Below are positions 26,082 to 32,000 of a stretch of 32,000 nt of DNA, one piece after another (position 1 is the stretch's first letter; the number at the start of each line of letters is the position of its first letter). The notes beneath the pieces are model-generated. The model did not search any database. It saw nothing but the letters and a program-made list of their open reading frames with translations, and was not told the origin of the DNA. The stretch is from assembly GCA_964510585.1 (NCBI GenBank), contig CAZECW010000020.1:60001-92000 (forward strand), in the 5' to 3' direction. The position numbers and the translations under genes are program-made. The DNA comes from an uncultured archaeon. GTDB lineage: Archaea; Asgardarchaeota; Jordiarchaeia; Jordiarchaeales; Jordiarchaeaceae.

Positions 26082-27284
26082 TTAATCTGTTTTTATGTAT
26101 TTTTTGAGTTCCTTATCAGGAAGGCCTAGGGCGTAGAGTATGCTTAGTAGATTCTTTTGTGCGATGACACCGTCAGCTACTTGTTTGAGGACCTTTTTTG
26201 CGTTGAACGCGATGCCCAGTCCCGCATTTGTTAACATAAACTGATCGTTGCTTCCGTCTCCAACGGCTACTATTTCGTCCTTTGATATTTCTTCTATTTC
26301 AGATATCCAGTTTATTATTTCCGCCTTCTTTTTCCCGTCGATTATGGGCTCTTCCACTTCCCCGGTTAGGACTCCGTTCTTAATAATTAATTTGTTGCCA
26401 AAGGCATAATCAAGTCCCAGTTTTTCCTTCAATCTGTCGGTGAAATAGGTGAATCCACCGCTGATAAGCGCAATCTTGTAACCCATGGATTTTAAGGATC
26501 TTATTAACTCCTCAGCACCCGGTGTTAAATGCATATTATTTGCTATTTCTTCAAGATATTTTACTTCTAGGCCCGCTAAGAGTTTAACCCGTTTGCGCAA
26601 TGCTTCTACAAAATCTATTTCTCCGTTCATAGCCTGCTGGGTTATCTCTCTAACCTGTTCCCCCACTCCAGCAATTTTTGCTATTTCATCAATGGTTTCT
26701 TCATCCACCAATGTGGAATCCATGTCAAAAACTATGAGCTTTTTAGATTTTTGATAAACGTTTTCTCTCTGGATAATTGAACTTACTCCCAGAGTTTCGC
26801 ACAGATTTTGAAGCTCTATCCTAACTTTTTCTAGGGGAATTTTTAGGTCGCTAAGATCTACTAGCATCTCCATGGCGATCATCTCGCCCCTAGCAATCAT
26901 GCGAATCTTCTCAATGTTGATATTATAGTTTCCTAGCAGAGTGGAAACCTTTGCGACTATGCCTGGTCTGTCTTTTCCCAGAATGGTGATAAGAGCCAGT
27001 TCCTTTTCCGATTTTCTTCTCCCCTCTACGTAGGGCTCCACGCTCACCTGCAAACCGGCTTCTTCTCCCTTCTTCACCAAACGTCTCTTTAGTTCTTCGC
27101 TGGAAATAGTTGATGAACTAATGTCCACAATCATAAACATGGCGAATAAGCCTCTAAGCACAGTTTCCTCAACATCAACAATATTAGCGTCCACACTTGC
27201 AATAACGTTGGTTAATTCAGAAACCAAACCGGGTCTATCCCGCCCTATTGCAGTAACGGTGACTAATTTTGTTGGACTGGACAA
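26082..27284 (-). CDS. serB: Phosphoserine phosphatase with two N-terminal ACT domains
   Basis: Two G.DRPG ACT motifs; HAD motifs FDMDSTL, E.IDE, AMNGEIDF..AL..RV, SGGF and GDGSND. Confidence 0.95.
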   Translation of the reverse strand: MSSPTKLVTVTAIGRDRPGLVSELTNVIASVDANIVDVEETVLRGLFAMFMIVDISSSTISSEELKRRLVKKGEEAGLQVSVEPYVEGRRKSEKELALITILGKDRPGIVAKVSTLLGNYNINIEKIRMIARGEMIAMEMLVDLSDLKIPLEKVRIELQNLCETLGVSSIIQRENVYQKSKKLIVFDMDSTLVDEETIDEIAKIAGVGEQVREITQQAMNGEIDFVEALRKRVKLLAGLEVKYLEEIANNMHLTPGAEELIRSLKSMGYKIALISGGFTYFTDRLKEKLGLDYAFGNKLIIKNGVLTGEVEEPIIDGKKKAEIINWISEIEEISKDEIVAVGDGSNDQFMLTNAGLGIAFNAKKVLKQVADGVIAQKNLLSILYALGLPDKELKKYIKTD

Positions 27285-27757
27285 TTTTTATCCTCCAAAC
27301 ATTATATGAGAGAATGAAAAATAACGAACCTAGAGATGCTAGTATTATTTAACAGCAAAAGAAGTAACGCATAAAAAGATTTCTAAAAAATTCTCAAGCT
27401 ACCAGAAGAATTTGTTCTTTTCAATACCTGTGGCGGTAATCTCCTTAATTGTGGAAACCTAGATTTTTGGTAGATTACTCTAGCTTTAATTAATTCTGCA
27501 ATGTGGAATAAAAAAATTGCAGTCGCTGGTTGTGCGGTAACCTATGCTTTGTGGATTGTATGCAACTTTTTTCGGGATAGCTTATCATGATATCTAACTG
27601 CTTTTTTACAGTGTGATTATTTTTTTAAATGTAATTTATCTTTTTGTTTATGTTTTTCTCATTTTTATGAGAAGAATTTTATTTTTGAATAATTTTTAGG
27701 TAGTAACACATATATAGGTATGACCATATTGAATGATAAAATTGTATAATTGCATTT

Positions 27758-28555
27758 TTGGAGGCGGTAAAAATAGAGGTGAGCAACACTACACTGGAGG
27801 CCCTAAAAAATTTCGGCCTATCCGAATATGAGTCTAGGGCTTATATTGCCCTAGTGTCTCTAGGTGTTGCCACTGCGAAGAAGGTGTGTGAAGTAGCTAA
27901 TATACCGCATCCCAGAGCCTACGATACCCTTGCAGCTCTGGAAGAGAAGGGACTAGTTGAGGTCCAGCAGTGTAGACCAAAACTCTATAAAGCTGTACCG
28001 CCGCGAACTGCTTTTAGAAGACTGGAAAAAGCTCTTGCTAGAGACAAGGAAATCGCCATAGGAGAACTAAGCGATGTCTACGGAGTGCAAAAGTCAAAAC
28101 AGGAATTGTGGACTATGCACGGAAAACAAAACGTCGTCAACAAAATAGAAGAGATGCTGATGGGTGCGGAAAAATATGCCATGCTTTCCTTCCCCAAAGA
28201 CCTTCTATTAGAGATAGAAAAGACACTCAAGTCCGTAGCTGAAAGGGGCATAGAGCTCAAGATTTGGTCCTGTACTGAGGACGGCTCAAAATTTGTTCTT
28301 CCATTTAGCGGAAATATTGAAATGGTTACGGACAACCAAGTTTATGCAAATCTTCTTGTTGTTGATGGAAACGAGGCTCTACTTTCCTCCGGCTGCGTTG
28401 AAGGTTACAGAGGACCATGGATTGGAATATGGACAAATGAGCCCAGCTTCGTCAAATTAATTAGCATGTTCTTCAAAAAACTCTGGAAAGAGAAAAAACT
28501 CGAAGAAGAAAGAGAAATCCTGGTAAGCAATCTTATGCGTCTCAAACACACCTAA
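27758..28555 (+). CDS. TrmB-family transcriptional regulator (HTH + effector domain)
   Basis: Motifs FGLSEYESRAY.AL, IPHPRAYDTL..LEEKGLV and Y.AVPP, with a PLD-like C-terminal domain (LLVVDG.EALL). Confidence 0.92.
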   Translation: MEAVKIEVSNTTLEALKNFGLSEYESRAYIALVSLGVATAKKVCEVANIPHPRAYDTLAALEEKGLVEVQQCRPKLYKAVPPRTAFRRLEKALARDKEIAIGELSDVYGVQKSKQELWTMHGKQNVVNKIEEMLMGAEKYAMLSFPKDLLLEIEKTLKSVAERGIELKIWSCTEDGSKFVLPFSGNIEMVTDNQVYANLLVVDGNEALLSSGCVEGYRGPWIGIWTNEPSFVKLISMFFKKLWKEKKLEEEREILVSNLMRLKHT

Positions 28556-28763
28556 CAAACCCGCAAAAACAAAAACTCTTCCCTTTCCTGAACCAGAAGC
28601 TTTCAAATAATAAATCGAGAAAAAATGCATTTTTTCCTAAACATTTTAGCACGCGAATCGGAGCCCTTTTGAATTTTAATCTAAGATACACAATGTTGTG
28701 ACGATTAAGTTTTTATTTTTCCTCTTCATTATCTATAATAATTTGTTCTAAAAAAGGAGAGAA

Positions 28764-29525
28764 ATGTTTTTGATTGATGAGCAAATTTTGGGAGTCGCCA
28801 AATTAATAAAAGATTCCAAAAGAGTGGTTGTTTTAACTGGCGCGGGCATATCAGTTGAATCTGGGATACCTGATTTTAGGGGCCCAGACGGTCTCTGGAA
28901 AAAGTTTGATCCCAACAAGGTAGGCACTATTACCTCTTTCCTCTCAAATCCTGAAGACTGGTGGAAGATGGCCCAAGAAATAGCTCCAGTGCTTCTCAAC
29001 GCTAAACCTAACCCTGGGCATTATGCTCTAGCCGAAATGGAAAAAATGGGCAAGGTAGAAGCAATAATAACGCAAAACATCGATGGTCTACACCAAAAGG
29101 CAGGTAGCAAAAACGTAATAGAAGTACATGGCAACGTTCGAAGCGCATCCTGCATACAGTGCAAAAAGAAATACGGAATAGACTACGTGATTTCAGAAGT
29201 AGGAAAAGGAAACTTTATGCCAAGATGCACAGACTGCGGTGGAGTGGTAAAAGTTGACGTGGTAATGTTTGGAGAAATGCTACCCGAAGAAGCAATATCC
29301 GAAGCCTACAGGCTGGCACAAGAATGCGATCTACTCATAGTTGTAGGTTCCTCCCTAGTGGTTTACCCAGTAGCAGCCCTACCAGGAATGGCGCTTAATA
29401 GAGGAGCAAAAACTGTAATCATAAATGAGGAAAAAACCGGTTATACAAGATACGCTGACTACCACATCTACGGGAAAGCAGGAGAAATACTACCCAAAAT
29501 AGTTGAAACCCTGAAAAAAATTTAA
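28764..29525 (+). CDS. cobB: NAD-dependent protein deacylase, Sir2/CobB family
   Basis: Motifs GAGISVESGIPDFRG, TQNIDGLH, HG, CxxC...CxxC zinc site, FGE and GSSLVVYP. Confidence 0.97.
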   Translation: MFLIDEQILGVAKLIKDSKRVVVLTGAGISVESGIPDFRGPDGLWKKFDPNKVGTITSFLSNPEDWWKMAQEIAPVLLNAKPNPGHYALAEMEKMGKVEAIITQNIDGLHQKAGSKNVIEVHGNVRSASCIQCKKKYGIDYVISEVGKGNFMPRCTDCGGVVKVDVVMFGEMLPEEAISEAYRLAQECDLLIVVGSSLVVYPVAALPGMALNRGAKTVIINEEKTGYTRYADYHIYGKAGEILPKIVETLKKI

Positions 29526-29727
29526 CACAGGCAACAAAAGCCTCGAAACAGATTCACAAATAATCCAATTAATTTGAGCTTGCAAAAATAGAAAATGCCA
29601 AATTAAAGAAGGAAAAACAAGAATAATAAATACAACTGGTACCTTACCCTTTTAAATAAGAAAGCTTAATAATTACTAGTGGCTTTTAAATAAAATTAAA
29701 AGTAGGGTAAAAGTTGGGAGTGAAAAT

Positions 29728-30039
29728 ATGGTTTCATTTCTCGAAATAATAATCTATCTAGTACCAATAGCGATAGGAACATTGATGGCGGTGATTGGTG
29801 ATAGGCTAAAACTGTACAAGCTACCTGAATCAAAAGTGAAACTCAAACGAGATGCTCCAGTAACTAAAGTTAAAGGTGTAGGAGAAGAAACCGCCAAAAC
29901 TCTGCAGAAATACAAAATCAACACTGTAGAAGACCTGGTGAAAGCTGACAAGAAAAAATTAGCTAAAGTCAAAGGGGTGGACAAGAGGACAGTCAAAAAA
30001 CTGGTAAAATTCGCTCTAAAACAAATGATGGAGGACTAA
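29728..30039 (+). CDS. Membrane-anchored helix-hairpin-helix domain protein
   Basis: One N-terminal TM helix followed by tandem HhH motifs, VKGVGEETAKTL and VKGVDKRTVKKL. Confidence 0.75.
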   Translation: MVSFLEIIIYLVPIAIGTLMAVIGDRLKLYKLPESKVKLKRDAPVTKVKGVGEETAKTLQKYKINTVEDLVKADKKKLAKVKGVDKRTVKKLVKFALKQMMED

Positions 30040-30042
30040 AAA

Positions 30043-30627
30043 ATGCAAAAATATACACATGTAGTGGTGGGCGCAACAGCTGGCGCCATAGTAGCAGTGC
30101 TTTTAGGATGGAGTGGTGGGTTGGCGGCTCAATTTAACGCCGCTGCATTGCAACTAGTCAAGTGGGGGTCATTAAATACTGTGATAAGCGCAGCAAACCA
30201 GCAGCTACCTCCAATACTCACAGGAGCCGCTTTTGGAATCCTGCCAGATCTCGACCAACTGCTAAAAGGCCAACGTATAGGACATAGAAGTGGGCTATTC
30301 CACAGTGTACTAACCCTAATATGGTTGCCTCTACTAATAGGGATATTTGCACCAACACTATTTGCACTATCAGCTGCTGGTATCTTCAGCCACTGGTTTA
30401 TTGACTCTTTTAATCCCACGGGCGTCCGTACATTCCCATACGTTCTTCCCCGTAAAAATGAATCTTTAAAAGATTTTATTTGGAATCATCAGAGAGATTT
30501 ACGTATTGCCACCATTCATTATGACAACCACTGGCTCAATCTTGCACTTTGTGGAGTCTGCTTTGTAATTATTTGGCTGCTTTCAGGTCAGATGCCGGCC
30601 TGGAATATACTAGCTCTACCGTTCTAG
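30043..30627 (+). CDS. YdjM-like membrane metal-dependent hydrolase
   Basis: Motifs TH, LPDLD, GHRSGLFHS and SHWFIDSFNPTGV, with several TM helices. Confidence 0.85.
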   Translation: MQKYTHVVVGATAGAIVAVLLGWSGGLAAQFNAAALQLVKWGSLNTVISAANQQLPPILTGAAFGILPDLDQLLKGQRIGHRSGLFHSVLTLIWLPLLIGIFAPTLFALSAAGIFSHWFIDSFNPTGVRTFPYVLPRKNESLKDFIWNHQRDLRIATIHYDNHWLNLALCGVCFVIIWLLSGQMPAWNILALPF

Positions 30628-30905
30628 AAGTCCCCTCTTTAAAAGAATCTTTCCTTTTTTTGAATACCTTTTTTGGTTTGTAAAGCATGGGTTTCTTCTG
30701 CATTTATATAGACTTAAAAAAACAGTTTCGAATGGAGGGCAGCCAGTCTTTTCAAGGGTAAATCTCCTTTTAGGGAAGTTATGAGGGAACTCCTTTTGAG
30801 AAAAAGGGGATGGGGTACAATTGTGTTTATATAGTAGGATAAAAAGCCAAAAAAGGTCAGCCGAATATGCCTAAAAGAGGTTTCACCATAAAATTTACGC
30901 TTTTT

Positions 30906-31667
30906 TTATGCCTTTCTTTTACCTTTTATTCGTACTATTCCGCGGGTTTCCAATGCGCGCAGGGTTTCGTACACCCATTGCCAAGTTACGTCGAAGCCCG
31001 CGTTTTTAAGTCCCTCCTGTAATTCTGCTACTGTTAGGTCTTGGTCTAGGTTTCTGAGCATTAGACGTGCTGCTCTGCTCCATACTCCGGACTTGTTTAA
31101 CACATTTTCGGGTGTTAGTGGTGGAATAAGCTCATATATTAGTGATTTTTGGTAGGCTTCGAATTCCTCTTCAGTTAATTCTGCTTCAACTTCTTTGGCT
31201 TCTTCTACCGCTTTTTCTTTTACAACCATTTTTTCTATGGGAGCCTTCATCACTTCAGCTCTTGGTATGGGTTTTTCTATTTTGACTTTTGGCATTTCTG
31301 CGGGTGGGACGATTGTTGCGGTCTGTGCGAATTCGTCGAATTTGCTTCCGTATCTTTTGATGAGGCCTGATAGCATAACTAGGGTTAAGCCTACCCGCTG
31401 TTGAGTTTGCACCGCCATTAGCATTTGTTGCGAGGCGCGTATCACTATTACAGATTCGTTTTCCGCTGCCAGTGTAATGTTTGACCCGACAGTTAGTCCC
31501 GGAAAGCTTGGTTTAAACATCATGAGCTTCTGCTCAACATCCTTGGTTAAATCTGAGTAGAGCATCTCTCCCTTCATTGTGAGTAGAGCAAGCCCCCTAT
31601 CAGTTATTGCTCCAAATGATCGTAATTCACTCTTCAATTTATCCAGAAACTCCGCGTCTCCAGACAT
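30906..31667 (-). CDS. Roadblock/LC7-like domain + charged linker + winged-helix fusion protein
   Basis: N-terminal ~105 aa follow the Roadblock pattern (helix; GLALLTMKGEMLYS; ITLAAENESVIVIR; LMAV; C-terminal helix). C-terminal LTVAELQEGL...VYETLRALETRGIV is wHTH-like. Confidence 0.65.
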   Translation of the reverse strand: MSGDAEFLDKLKSELRSFGAITDRGLALLTMKGEMLYSDLTKDVEQKLMMFKPSFPGLTVGSNITLAAENESVIVIRASQQMLMAVQTQQRVGLTLVMLSGLIKRYGSKFDEFAQTATIVPPAEMPKVKIEKPIPRAEVMKAPIEKMVVKEKAVEEAKEVEAELTEEEFEAYQKSLIYELIPPLTPENVLNKSGVWSRAARLMLRNLDQDLTVAELQEGLKNAGFDVTWQWVYETLRALETRGIVRIKGKRKA

Positions 31668-31872
31668 TTATTTTTACTCCTCTAAACTTTATGATAAATG
31701 CAGATTCTAAATGTTATCCTTATAATAAAATTGATTGTTTTACTTTATTATTAAGAATTCCCAATTAAATAGTTTTTTAATGATGCACTATAGATTTTTC
31801 TGGTTCTAACCCCTTATTTTGAGGTTTTAAATTGGAAAAGAAGACATGTAAACGCTTCTTTTGAAGGAGAAA

Positions 31873-32000
31873 TCAAATGAATCTACTCCACGTCGCTGTG
31901 TGATGGGCATAAACTAAGAGAAAGTATGCGTATATCTGCTTCTTCGCCTCCTCCTTATCGGAGGGGATCTTTCCACTGAAGTTAAAAGAGCTTTTCCACT
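31873..32000 (-). CDS. Possible 3' end of a gene entering from the right edge
   Basis: Open minus frame ...WKSSFNFSGKIPSDKEEAKKQIYAYFLLVYAHHTATWSRFI* ending at TGA 31875-31873. No motif recognised. Confidence 0.35.
   Translation of the reverse strand, partial: WKSSFNFSGKIPSDKEEAKKQIYAYFLLVYAHHTATWSRFI

Noticed and set aside
27583-27592. TATCATGATA palindrome upstream of the TrmB gene, as a possible TGM-like operator
   Set aside because: It lacks the TATCAC-N5-GTGATA spacing and is a single short AT-rich palindrome.
1-32000. CRISPR array, rRNA, tRNA or transposase
   Set aside because: No regularly spaced repeats, RNA-gene signatures or transposase/integrase motifs were seen by eye. A tRNAscan-SE/Infernal run would be needed to exclude RNA genes formally.

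Overview
Archaeal DNA, most consistent with a selenocysteine (Sec)-using Asgard archaeon. This placement is inferred from a Roadblock-domain fusion, an MglA/MJ1339-like small GTPase, eS17 and split Vhu-type hydrogenase genes. The centre holds a complete divergent heterodisulfide reductase/F420-non-reducing hydrogenase locus: hdrA-mvhD-mvhG-mvhA on the - strand and hdrC-hdrB on the + strand. The main result is missing from the ORF track. MvhA lacks its C-terminal Ni-binding motif, which is supplied by a separate 49-codon gene (7259-7408, -) reading ...YDC-UGA-LSCSAH..., i.e. a VhuU-type selenoprotein. It is followed 1 nt after its stop by a SECIS-like hairpin (7223-7257) that can fold as a Methanococcales-type GAA/A element or as a kink-turn like the eukaryotic SECIS core. 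The track also misses a >624-aa DUF362 + Gfo/Idh/MocA fusion that runs off the left edge in an operon with GT2 glycosyltransferases. Other content: a candidate secreted pore-former/immunity-like pair, eS17 with a long acidic tail, a radical SAM/SPASM enzyme, a metallophosphoesterase, a URO-D/MtaA-family protein, an OPT transporter, a HAD hydrolase, thioredoxin, two TrmB-like regulators, SerB, Sir2/CobB and a YdjM-like hydrolase. There are also very strong kb-scale G+T versus A+C strand-skew domains. No CRISPR array, rRNA, tRNA or transposase was recognised.
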